A stretch of DNA of 64,000 nt from Nitrososphaerota archaeon (GTDB lineage: Archaea > Thermoproteota > Nitrososphaeria > Nitrososphaerales > UBA57), in assembly GCA_024860875.1 (NCBI GenBank), contig JACPSZ010000008.1:20106-84105 (forward strand). The letters run 5' to 3'. Below, piece after piece: positions 1 to 8,763 of the stretch (position 1 is the first letter of the stretch; every line of letters starts with the position of its first letter). The notes under the pieces were generated by a model. It did no database searches. It was given only the letters and a program-made list of their open reading frames with translations, and was not told where the DNA came from. The position numbers were made by a program, and so were the translations under genes.

Positions 1-14
1 TGAAGACGATCGGA

Positions 15-410
15 ATGCCGGAAAAGGCTTTCGACAGAATCGAAAAAATATTTGGCCAGTTTCAGGAACTTACCGACGATCATATCGAAGACATCTTCGT
101 AAGTGAGTATATTGACGAGGATGGCGCAAGAGAGTTTGAGAATCTCTTGTTCTTCTCAAAAAAATATTTGTTTGGAGCGCCCCAGTTTCTTGTGGGTGAT
201 AGAATCGAAGTGACGACTTGGGAAGCTCGACCGTATAAGCTACAAATTCTGAAAACTAACTACGATATGAAGAATGCAACAACAGATTCTAGGGTCAATG
301 TAAGAATATTTAGGCGCCATGGAGGTACTGGCCGAATCAAAGCATCAAGGGAGAATTGCGACTATCTGGTTAATTTGATTAAGAAATATTATGTACCCAA
401 TATTGGCTGA
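15..410 (+). CDS. hypothetical protein (131 aa)
   Basis: Intact ATG ORF with protein-like composition. No motif recognised. Confidence 0.4.
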   Translation: MPEKAFDRIEKIFGQFQELTDDHIEDIFVSEYIDEDGAREFENLLFFSKKYLFGAPQFLVGDRIEVTTWEARPYKLQILKTNYDMKNATTDSRVNVRIFRRHGGTGRIKASRENCDYLVNLIKKYYVPNIG

Positions 411-674
411 TTGTTGGGTGCAACCGTAAGCATCACGAATAGAGCTATTAGGAAACAAAATGAACTCCGTAGATCTCCTCGCTAACGTTGCTAGCCGATC
501 GGAGGGTCTCCAAGATTTAGTGAAGGAGGAGAAATAGGAGGGCAAATGTTTAGACATACCGAAACGTTGATAAGTGGACAACTCCCGTATGTAGTAAAAG
601 GGCACAAAATATCACATTTAGTTAGCATTTTTCCACTCTAAAGGCTTATTTCCCCATAGTCTAGCAAGCAATTC

Positions 675-1598
675 GTGAACCCGAAGAAGGTCAAAGACAT
701 CAAGGTTGGAAAGTCACTCTCCTCATTAATTGAGCAGATGGGAGAGAGCGGAGGGTTCACTGGCAAATACTTGGCAGATGGTTTCAGCATTCTCGAAAGA
801 ATGATTAATGAAAAAGACTGCATAAAATTCCTCTCCTTCCCTGCAGCCATTATTGCGACTGGTTTGAGGGGAGTGATAAAGGAGTTCGTCAAAAGGAAAA
901 TTTTCGATGTCATAATAACTACATGCGGGACTTTAGACCATGATCTTGCAAGGTCGTGGAAGGACTACCTTCAAGGAGATTTTGCTTTAGATGATGTAAT
1001 GTTGGAGAAGGAAGGATTTCACAGACTGGGAAGCGTGCTCGTTCCGAAGGAAGCCTATGGCCCTCTGCTTGAGGAGAAATTGGCTCCATTTTTGCAGTCT
1101 GTGTACAAAGAGACAAAATCGCTTTCCTCATCGGAACTCTGCAGGCGACTGGGGAAATATGTTAACAACGAATCTTCGATATTGTATTGGGCGAGCAAAA
1201 ATGATATTCCTGTCATTGTACCTGGAATTACTGACGGTGCTGTTGGTAGTCAATTATGGCTCTTTTCTCAACAAAAAAGAGACTTCTCAATAGACATGAT
1301 GAAAGACCAGCAGATTCTTTCTGATATCGTGTTCACTGCTAAGAAGACGGGAGCTCTGATGCTGGGAGGAGGAATCTCAAAACATCATACTCTTTGGTGG
1401 AACCAGTTCAGAGGGGGTTTAGATTATGCTGTTTACATAACTACGGCGATGGAATATGACGGGAGTTTGAGCGGAGCTTTGGTGAGGGAGGCGATTTCTT
1501 GGGGCAAGGTGAAGCCCAAAGCGAAGCAGGTTACAATTCATGCCGATGCAACTGCCATATTGCCGTTCATAGCCGCGGCTTTATTCGAGAGATTCTGA
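675..1598 (+). CDS. dys: deoxyhypusine synthase
   Basis: 307 aa with a GTG start. Family-typical blocks GESGGFTGKYL, ITTCGTLDHDL, GGGISKHH and ISWGKV. Confidence 0.9.
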   Translation: MNPKKVKDIKVGKSLSSLIEQMGESGGFTGKYLADGFSILERMINEKDCIKFLSFPAAIIATGLRGVIKEFVKRKIFDVIITTCGTLDHDLARSWKDYLQGDFALDDVMLEKEGFHRLGSVLVPKEAYGPLLEEKLAPFLQSVYKETKSLSSSELCRRLGKYVNNESSILYWASKNDIPVIVPGITDGAVGSQLWLFSQQKRDFSIDMMKDQQILSDIVFTAKKTGALMLGGGISKHHTLWWNQFRGGLDYAVYITTAMEYDGSLSGALVREAISWGKVKPKAKQVTIHADATAILPFIAAALFERF

Positions 1599-1601
1599 AA
1601 G

Positions 1602-1610
1602 TTTATATCA
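1602..1610 (+). promoter_or_regulatory. TATA-box-like element upstream of hppA
   Basis: GTTTATATC lies about 45 nt upstream of the TTG at 1650 and about 75 nt upstream of the ATG at 1680. Confidence 0.3.
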
Positions 1611-1649
1611 ATGACAGATAGGGCAAAGGGCCAAATCTAGTGATAAGGT

Positions 1650-3776
1650 TTGGTTTCTGTAGTTGCACCACCATTAGTGATGGAACTGATTGCACCGATT
1701 ACAGGCATAATAGCCCTGGTTGTAGCATTGTACCTTGCGGTCTGGATAAACCGTTTCGAACCAGGAACGGATAGGATGAAGGAGATTTATGATGCGATAC
1801 GCGTAGGTTCAAAGGCTTACCTGCGAAGGCAGTACAAGACTATTTCGATTATAGCAGTAATTCTTACTCTGCTGTTGTATGGTGCGTTCGATTTCGGTCC
1901 TCATGGAGGAGTTCCTTATGTTTCCCTTGCATTTCTTGTTGGTGCAGCATTCTCTCTAGCTGCTGGCTATGTAGGAATGGACGTTTCGACTAGGGCAAAT
2001 GCACGAACATCATATGCTACGCACAAAGGCGTCGAGTTGCCCATGAAGATTGCTTACAACGGAGGATTGGTTATGGGTCTGTTCAATGTCGGCTTGAGCC
2101 TCCTTGCAGTTTCGGTATTGTTCTACGCCTATGGCCAAAAGCCTGAGCTCATAATTGGTCTGGGCTTCGGAGCAAGCCTTGCCGCTCTGTTTGCACAGTT
2201 GGGAGGAGGAATTTTTACAAAGGCTGCAGATGTTGGGGCTGACATCGTTGGAAAGGTTGAGGCTGGAATCCCTGAAGACGACCCAAGAAATCCTGCAGTA
2301 ATTGCTGATAACGTTGGCGACAATGTTGGCGATGTCGCTGGAAGGGGTGCAGACCTCTTTGAATCGATGACTGCGGAGAATATTGGTGCAATGATTGTTG
2401 GAGTCGCCCTTGTAGCTGCCACGGGCAATGCGTTCTTCGTAATATTCCCCCTGCTTGCAAGGGCTGTTGGCATATTCGGAACTATAATCGGGCTTCCTTT
2501 TGTGCGGGCGAAGAACTTTACCAATCCAATGATACCAATGCGAAATGGCATCGTCGCTACGACCATAATCATCGTGATTGGGTTGTATCTTTTGGTCACA
2601 GTAACAATACAGAGCATCAACCTGTTCTTTGCTGCTGTAATTGGTGTAGGCGCAAGCCTTCTGATTTTCTTAATTACACAGTACTACACTGAAAGGGGTT
2701 ACAGGCCTGTAGAAGAAATAGCGACGGCGTCGAAGACGGGCCCTGCAGTCAACATAATTACTGGTTTTGCAGTCGGATTAGAAAGCACAGGATTGCCAGT
2801 ACTTGTAATAGTAGGAGCCATTCTTGGAGGATTCTACTTCGGGAGCAACTTTGTCGCTGAGGCTCCAGCGCTATTTGGTGCGGGAGTCGCGGTTGACCCT
2901 CTGATTGGAGGGATATACGGCACTGCAGTAGCGACTATGGGCATGCTCTCTGTTGCAGGGGTGATTCTGGGCATGGATGGCTTTGGCCCTATAGTGGATA
3001 ACGCTGCAGGAATTGCGCAGATGTCAGGTGCACCGAAAGAGGTGAGGGAGAAGATCGATCTATTCGATGCAGCAGGAAATACTACAAAGGCTTTGACAAA
3101 GGGCTACGCTCTGGGCTCTGCTGGACTTGCCGCTCTGCTTTTATTCCAAGCTTATCTTAGTGAGTATGCCAAAGCTGCAGGGAAGCCGATATTAGAGGCT
3201 ATAACTGTCAAGATTGTCAGCCCAGAAGTTATAGCGGCTCTATTCATAGGGGGGTTGGTGCCATATGTCTTCAGCTCGTTCGCAATCAGAGCAGTAGGCA
3301 AGGCTGCATTCCAAGTCGTTGAGGAGGTTAGAAGGCAGTTCAAGGAAATCCCCGGTTTGATGGAGGGGAAGGCTAGCCCAGACTACTCAAAATGCGTAGA
3401 TATCAGCACTCTAACCGCGCAGAAACAAATGATAATACCGGGAATAATGCCTGTTCTCGTCCCTATATTCATAGGCTTTACGCTAGGGCCAATAGCGGTA
3501 GGTGCATTCCTCATAAGCGCAACTGTAAGCGGGACTATGCTCGCATATATGATGAACACTGGCGGAGCAGCGTGGGACAATGCAAAGAAGTATATTGAAA
3601 CAGGAGTTTATGGGGGCAAGGGCTCTGAAGCTCACAAAGCTGCTGTCGTAGGAGATACCGTTGGCGATCCATTCAAGGACACTGCGGGGCCATCTCTGCA
3701 CGTTCTTGTCAAACTCATCAATACAGTTTCGCTCACGTTCGTGCCATTGTTTGTGCTTTATGCCCTGATGCTGTAA
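1650..3776 (+). CDS. hppA: membrane-bound proton-translocating inorganic pyrophosphatase
   Basis: 708 aa polytopic protein with the signature GGGIFTKAADVGADIVGKVEAGIPEDDPRNPAVIADNVGDNVGDVAGRGADLFES, plus DNAKKYIE and GDTVGDPFKDTAGPS. The start may be TTG 1650 or ATG 1680. Confidence 0.95.
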   Translation: MVSVVAPPLVMELIAPITGIIALVVALYLAVWINRFEPGTDRMKEIYDAIRVGSKAYLRRQYKTISIIAVILTLLLYGAFDFGPHGGVPYVSLAFLVGAAFSLAAGYVGMDVSTRANARTSYATHKGVELPMKIAYNGGLVMGLFNVGLSLLAVSVLFYAYGQKPELIIGLGFGASLAALFAQLGGGIFTKAADVGADIVGKVEAGIPEDDPRNPAVIADNVGDNVGDVAGRGADLFESMTAENIGAMIVGVALVAATGNAFFVIFPLLARAVGIFGTIIGLPFVRAKNFTNPMIPMRNGIVATTIIIVIGLYLLVTVTIQSINLFFAAVIGVGASLLIFLITQYYTERGYRPVEEIATASKTGPAVNIITGFAVGLESTGLPVLVIVGAILGGFYFGSNFVAEAPALFGAGVAVDPLIGGIYGTAVATMGMLSVAGVILGMDGFGPIVDNAAGIAQMSGAPKEVREKIDLFDAAGNTTKALTKGYALGSAGLAALLLFQAYLSEYAKAAGKPILEAITVKIVSPEVIAALFIGGLVPYVFSSFAIRAVGKAAFQVVEEVRRQFKEIPGLMEGKASPDYSKCVDISTLTAQKQMIIPGIMPVLVPIFIGFTLGPIAVGAFLISATVSGTMLAYMMNTGGAAWDNAKKYIETGVYGGKGSEAHKAAVVGDTVGDPFKDTAGPSLHVLVKLINTVSLTFVPLFVLYALML

Positions 3777-3782
3777 GCAAAA

Positions 3783-3788
3783 GTTAAA
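3783..3788 (+). promoter_or_regulatory. TATA-box-like element, leaderless-type spacing
   Basis: GTTAAA is centred about 27 nt upstream of the ATG at 3812. Confidence 0.35.
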
Positions 3789-3811
3789 GGGTAGAGATAG
3801 GCAGAGCTATT

Positions 3812-4531
3812 ATGGAGCTCAGCCTAATTTTCTTCCCTTTATTGGCACTTGCTCTTGGGTTCAAGCACGCTTACGATGCAGACCATTTGTTCGCAGTTTC
3901 TAACTTCCTTACGAGGAGCAAGGGGATTGCTGAAACTTCCCACATGGCAGTTAGCTGGGCATTAGGACACATGGCTACTGCTGCTATAGTTACAATTGCA
4001 CTCTTTACTCTTGCCAGTGCTGTTGGGTCGATAACGGGAATTTTGAACGGGCTAGAACCTGCTGTTGCTTTTATGTTAATTGGGATTGGCGCTGTCGGGA
4101 TAATATTTGGAGTTCCTGTTACACATGAGCATACTCACGAGCACGGAGGCTCTGTGCATTCTCATGTTCATACTCACCGCTACGGAGGCCTCGGAATATT
4201 GGGGAAAAGACTGCACTTCCATCATAAGTTATTCGGAGTAGGGATTATTCACGGGCTAGCAAGCAACGATGAGTTAATTGCAGTATTCGTTGCAGGATTG
4301 GGAGTAGGTTCGTTACAACTTTTGCTTGGAGGAGTTGCAATATTTACTGTAGGAGTGGTGCTGGGAATGACATTATTTGGCGTTGCAGTGACTATTCCAA
4401 TCTTGAAGTACGGTATGAGGAGGGTACAGACAGCGGTCAATGTAATTGCAGGTTCTTTGAGTATCATATACGGCATCATGATGATCGTAGGACTAGGGGG
4501 CTTCAACCCCTTCGATTTGGTCTTCGGATGA
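3812..4531 (+). CDS. nickel/cobalt transporter-like membrane protein (NiCoT-like HxxDADH motif, His-rich loop)
   Basis: 239 aa, about 6 TM segments. KHAYDADHLF resembles the NiCoT HAxDADHI signature. Central loop is HEHTHEHGGSVHSHVHTH. Confidence 0.6.
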   Translation: MELSLIFFPLLALALGFKHAYDADHLFAVSNFLTRSKGIAETSHMAVSWALGHMATAAIVTIALFTLASAVGSITGILNGLEPAVAFMLIGIGAVGIIFGVPVTHEHTHEHGGSVHSHVHTHRYGGLGILGKRLHFHHKLFGVGIIHGLASNDELIAVFVAGLGVGSLQLLLGGVAIFTVGVVLGMTLFGVAVTIPILKYGMRRVQTAVNVIAGSLSIIYGIMMIVGLGGFNPFDLVFG

Positions 4532-4727
4532 CATTGAAAAACTAATTAATGAAAGTGCTGAACACTAGCTCTATGGCGAAAAAATCAGCAAAGAAAGATT
4601 CAAAGAGGAAAACTCCTCTCTATGTTGACACATACGAAGCGTGGCTTCAGAAGGAAGTTGCCAAGAAATTAAAGAAGAAATAATATTGCAAATCATATAT
4701 GCATAGAATCTATTCCCGAAATGTTGC

Positions 4728-4819
4728 GGTGGGGTGGCGGAGTAAACTGCAAGTTTCCGTAGCGGTTACGCGCTCGCCTGCAGAGCGAGTTTACAGGGGT
4801 TCGAATCCCCTCCCCACCT
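4728..4819 (+). tRNA. tRNA-Cys (GCA) with 20-nt D-loop intron
   Basis: Acceptor GGTGGGG/CCCCACC, discriminator U, T-arm AGGGG-TTCGAAT-CCCCT, anticodon arm CTCGC-CTGCAGA-GCGAG. An extra 20 nt (4743-4762) folds as bulge-helix-bulge. CCA is not encoded. Confidence 0.8.
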
Positions 4820-4833
4820 CTAATCGACCAAAC

Positions 4834-5667
4834 TTATGCAGTCGGTATCTGCTTTTCACGGGAATCTAAGTATGGTCTAACCGCCCACTCAATCAGAAGA
4901 ATCATTAATGCACTAACAATACTATATGGAATAATAAATAGCAATGCGTATGTTGTTGCAAAATCAACTACATGTAGAGTAGGAGCTGATTCTACGATCG
5001 GATTATTATATGCTGAATATCCGACGGTTATCAAAGCCGTAATAATCAGAATCGACAAGACCTTCATGGTTCCCTCTCCTGTTTTTGTCTTCTTGTTGGA
5101 AACTAGTCTAAGTACTAAAATGCTCGTAGAGCCTAACAGAGGAAAGCTGAGTACGGTCACCAGAACTTGGGGGTCAAAAAGATAACTTCCCGGTGAGAAT
5201 GGGGACGCTAGAACTTGTTTCACAAGTGATTCGAACGGTCTGAGCGCTGGGAAGGCCGATGCAAGGACTCCAAGTGGTACTAGATATGCCAAGTAAAAGA
5301 ATGTTATGCTCACCAATATAGAGAGTGTAAAATATTTAGCCGATAGCCGATATTGTTGAGCGAGTTCAAAGATTGTTACTTTTGAAACGTCCACGAAGGA
5401 CGATTGCAAAAAATGGTATACACGGAGAATAAGGAATACTACAGCGGCAAATAAGCCGGCTATCGCCACTGAACTCGCATAAAGAGCCATGGTTGGTAAG
5501 ATGATAGATGATGTAGGCGCACTGGCAGCAATAATAAGAGGTGCTATGGAGATACTAGTAAAAATTGTAAACACAAGTGCTAAAGGTGTTGGTTTCTCGT
5601 TGAGAATCTTCCATAATAATTTGATTCTCTCTTTCCAAGTCATTGCCCAATAAATGACAAGGATCAT
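4834..5667 (-). CDS. polytopic membrane protein, unknown function
   Basis: 277 aa ORF with about 7 hydrophobic segments. No family motif recognised. Confidence 0.5.
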   Translation of the reverse strand: MILVIYWAMTWKERIKLLWKILNEKPTPLALVFTIFTSISIAPLIIAASAPTSSIILPTMALYASSVAIAGLFAAVVFLILRVYHFLQSSFVDVSKVTIFELAQQYRLSAKYFTLSILVSITFFYLAYLVPLGVLASAFPALRPFESLVKQVLASPFSPGSYLFDPQVLVTVLSFPLLGSTSILVLRLVSNKKTKTGEGTMKVLSILIITALITVGYSAYNNPIVESAPTLHVVDFATTYALLFIIPYSIVSALMILLIEWAVRPYLDSREKQIPTA

Positions 5668-5849
5668 ATTTCTATCTATTGTGTCACGCTATAAGCGATT
5701 CTGTCAAGTTGATGCCATCTACTTCTAGAATGATTCTATGCGCAGCTTAAAAGGCAAAATTAACCACTTCATCAACATTATTTTCTATTCTTCACTTCAT
5801 CTATACCCCCCGTCTATAGAATCTAACCTGAGGGCCTATACGGTGAACC

Positions 5850-6833
5850 CTAAAGGTACAGCACAGCAGCTAAAGCAGCAGTTCCAAGGATCAAAGGAAT
5901 TGGCAGACCAGGGAACATCTTGAACCGTTTCAGCATCAACATAGTCACACCAAGGCCTCCAAGTATTATTACGGAAACCATGGCAGAAGCATATAGGTTA
6001 ACAAGGAGAAGGCTAGTAGCAGGAAGCATTCCATAGAAGATAAAGTCCCCCAGCCCAATATGTATCCCTCCAACGTTCAACAGTAAAGGAGCAAAGCTGT
6101 CAATAGTGCCTTCTTTCTGGCTCAAAAGAGCCTTCAGAGGCCCAGCAAACACTGCATAGATATCATATATTGCAAAAGCTATAGGAAGAACCAGAGATGT
6201 AGGAGGCTTTAGAAATATTGCAAAGGACGTTGCAAATAAAATAGCCAGCAGCAGACTTACAACAAGGCTCAGACGCTTGAACTTTGGCCTTACAGTAACA
6301 GCAAACACGGCAGAAGCAAATACAACTCCCAAAACCAAGGCAGGCAGAGAAGAATCATCTATGATGTAAGATAACCAAACTAATCCTACAGTATAACTTA
6401 TGGAAATACTACCAACAGCGACCAAGATTCCAAGCACTATCTTCAGCAACGATTCCTTCCTCAGTTTTATCATAACAAGCATTATAACGGTAGCAAAAGC
6501 AGCCGTAGCAATTAGAAGAATAGAATTCAATACTGGCCCTGCACCAGTTTGACCTGCGGGCTCGTAAGAGGGAAGTTCAGTGTAAAAGGGGACAAAGGGC
6601 ATGGCAAGAACCAAAGTGGAAACCTGCACCAATAATGCAGTTCCAACTACCAAGAGTATGTTTGGTAAGCTAAGTCTCTTTTCTAAATCATCTTCTGGAG
6701 TATTTGACAATGCTCCTTGCTCTATTGACAGGGATATTAGTGAGCTGTTAAGCATTTTGCGGTCTTTACTTTGAAGCACGGCCGAAGCCAAAGCTAACGT
6801 GGTTCTTGAATGCGGCAAATCCAGCAAGAACAC
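5850..6833 (-). CDS. presenilin/signal-peptide-peptidase homologue (peptidase A22, GxGD aspartyl protease)
   Basis: Polytopic protein with YD (AIYDIYAV) and GxGD (HIGLGDFIFYG) catalytic motifs and a PAL-like PGLPIP near the C terminus. GTG start at 6833; an internal ATG (MLNSS) is possible. Confidence 0.75.
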   Translation of the reverse strand: MFLLDLPHSRTTLALASAVLQSKDRKMLNSSLISLSIEQGALSNTPEDDLEKRLSLPNILLVVGTALLVQVSTLVLAMPFVPFYTELPSYEPAGQTGAGPVLNSILLIATAAFATVIMLVMIKLRKESLLKIVLGILVAVGSISISYTVGLVWLSYIIDDSSLPALVLGVVFASAVFAVTVRPKFKRLSLVVSLLLAILFATSFAIFLKPPTSLVLPIAFAIYDIYAVFAGPLKALLSQKEGTIDSFAPLLLNVGGIHIGLGDFIFYGMLPATSLLLVNLYASAMVSVIILGGLGVTMLMLKRFKMFPGLPIPLILGTAALAAVLYL

Positions 6834-6961
6834 CGTGATATTTGTAGAATGGCACGCCCCAGCTTATTCCTTCTTCTACTTTTGGAATATGCAACCACAA
6901 AATGGAGCTCGTAAAAAACAAAAGCAAAAATCAAAGAAATGCTAAAATTCAAAGTCTAAAT

Positions 6962-7564
6962 TTAGACCCTTAGCGAGCCACGGAACGCCCTAACGCCATA
7001 GAAAGAGGGCGCGCTGTTATGATACACGAAGACATTGCCGTAGCGATGATCGGCAAAGATGGCGCCGCCGAGTTTTCTAATATCAGAAGGTGTTTTCACC
7101 CAACTCGACGTCTTCGTATCGAAATTTCCAAGTTTCTGCAACTCTCGATATTGTTCTTCCGTTAAAAGCTCAATGCCCATGGCAGCTGCCATATCAATAG
7201 CGTTACCTTCTGGATGCACACCTCGGTTTTCCCTTGCCTCCTGCCCTTCACGGTCGTAACAAACATTTCTGCGGCCCTTCGGACTTTCCGCTGAACAATC
7301 ATAAAAAATGTATTCGCCCGTCTTTTTATCATGATCAACAACATCCGGTTCACCGCCAGTTCTTTCCATTTCATTGAGTGACCACAGTTTTTCAGTATTA
7401 GCTTCCAGCTTTGCTTGTACTTTAGCCAATTCAAGACCTTTATGGCGGTTCATGTTTTTCTCAAAACGGGCTTTCAATGCTCTGAGTAGTTCTTCACGTT
7501 GTTCTGGTGACAACTCTTTTTTGAATGCAGTAATTGATGGCTTGCGCATAATCATAGTATTCAT
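6962..7564 (-). CDS. DUF4256-like protein
   Basis: 200 aa. Blocks MERTGGEPDVV, YDCSAESPKGRR, VCYD and GNAIDMA recalled from the mostly bacterial DUF4256 family. Confidence 0.6.
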   Translation of the reverse strand: MNTMIMRKPSITAFKKELSPEQREELLRALKARFEKNMNRHKGLELAKVQAKLEANTEKLWSLNEMERTGGEPDVVDHDKKTGEYIFYDCSAESPKGRRNVCYDREGQEARENRGVHPEGNAIDMAAAMGIELLTEEQYRELQKLGNFDTKTSSWVKTPSDIRKLGGAIFADHRYGNVFVYHNSAPSFYGVRAFRGSLRV

Positions 7565-7657
7565 CCTGAGTTCATAAAATCATTTATGCAGGGTGACGTT
7601 TACTTTACAGCTCAGATATTAGGCTTGTTCATATACCCAAATTATGCAACAATATTC

Positions 7658-7906
7658 ATGACAGAAGTCATCAGGCAAGATCTGGTAAAAAACGGAGAAG
7701 ATTACATCATCAGGATACCTGGCAATTGGGAAGGAGGACAAGACAGAAGCGCCGATGTTATTATCGATGAAATATGTTTAGTCGTACCGGATAGCATTGC
7801 TAATGCTACCGGAGAGCTGCTAGTGTTAAGATTATTGGAGGCTATGATAAATTCAGGAATAATTTCTGCAGATGACGTTCAAAAGGCAGTAGAGCATATC
7901 GTCTGA
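7658..7906 (+). CDS. hypothetical protein (82 aa; ORF could extend to 7586)
   Basis: ATG at 7658 is preceded by a TATA-like ATATAC about 26 nt upstream. The longer N-terminus from 7586 looks non-protein-like. Confidence 0.4.
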   Translation: MTEVIRQDLVKNGEDYIIRIPGNWEGGQDRSADVIIDEICLVVPDSIANATGELLVLRLLEAMINSGIISADDVQKAVEHIV

Positions 7907-8264
7907 CCGGATAGCAGCCCTCCAATAAAACCTTAATTGTTTATCGGAGCCAGAAAAATGCTGGAAATAGATAAATCGTCTATTGATCTTGAGCAGTATG
8001 GCAAAGAATAAGCTTGCCATCCTTCTGGCAAGGTTTCCACAAATTGGTTTTTATGCCATTTTCCCCCGGATAACCGTTATTAGCCATTGGAGTTGCAATA
8101 TCTCCTCCTAACAATATACAACATGGACAAAAACGGCAGACGATTTAAACCAATTTCTAGCAAAACCACTTTTTGACAGAGATATTGGGCCAAATAGCCG
8201 TTTTCTAGCCAATCAAGGCTAGTGCTTAAATACTAACCTTGCGCACGCTCATGCCGAGATTCAC

Positions 8265-8405
8265 TTGGTAACAGCATACTGCGTGAAGGACAGGAAGAAA
8301 GTGGAGATCAAGGATCCGAAGAAAGTCAAACTGAAGAACGGCAAGCCAGCCATATCTGGAACATGTCCAAAGTGTGGCAGTAAAGTGTTCAGGATCGGAG
8401 GTTAA
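8265..8405 (+). CDS. DUF5679-like small zinc-ribbon protein (46 aa)
   Basis: Below the ORF-track cutoff. TTG start. Sequence MVTAYCVKDRKKVEIKDPKKVKLKNGKPAISGTCPKCGSKVFRIGG matches the AYCxKC...NGxxAxxGxCPxCGxKxFRIG pattern. Confidence 0.5.
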   Translation: MVTAYCVKDRKKVEIKDPKKVKLKNGKPAISGTCPKCGSKVFRIGG

Positions 8406-8419
8406 TCCGATCTCCACTC

Positions 8420-8430
8420 TTTTTTTCTTT
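8420..8430 (+). terminator. oligo-T terminator candidate
   Basis: TTTTTTTCTTT lies 15 nt after the stop of the small zinc-ribbon ORF. Confidence 0.35.
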
Positions 8431-8457
8431 ATATTAAACCTAATTATTTGACCTAGT

Positions 8458-8763
8458 ATGGGTTACTGGTTCAACAGCGAAGAAGAGCTCAAGGCTAAAA
8501 TCGGCCAGTTATTGTACAACATGTATCTTGTCGACAGGCTCAAGGCAGAATTACTAGAGAAATTATCGGTAAGAAATCAGGTCAGCATGCGGATAGAGCT
8601 TGGTCAGGACAAGTCTGGCAATGATGTCGTCCTCGATGTCTTCTTAAACCGCTTTTCTCCGAAGGTCAAAGAGATGAAAGAGGATACAGGAATCCCAGAG
8701 CCGATTGCTCAGGAGAATGCAAGCAATCCACCTGAAGAGCTCAGAGAAAACAGCAGTCCTTGA
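8458..8763 (+). CDS. hypothetical protein (101 aa)
   Basis: ATG ORF immediately upstream of, and overlapping, the PadR-like gene. Confidence 0.4.
   Translation: MGYWFNSEEELKAKIGQLLYNMYLVDRLKAELLEKLSVRNQVSMRIELGQDKSGNDVVLDVFLNRFSPKVKEMKEDTGIPEPIAQENASNPPEELRENSSP

Noticed and set aside
2129-2620. 163-aa and other antisense or alternate-frame ORFs inside hppA (2129-2620, 2215-2460, 3152-3343, 3383-3701).
   Set aside because: They lie entirely within a very strongly supported pyrophosphatase CDS. Their translations are low-complexity mirror images of a Gly/Ala/Val-rich membrane protein.
8226-8417. Tracked 63-aa minus-strand ORF.
   Set aside because: The plus strand encodes a recognisable zinc-ribbon protein over the same bases. 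The minus-strand translation has no protein-like features.
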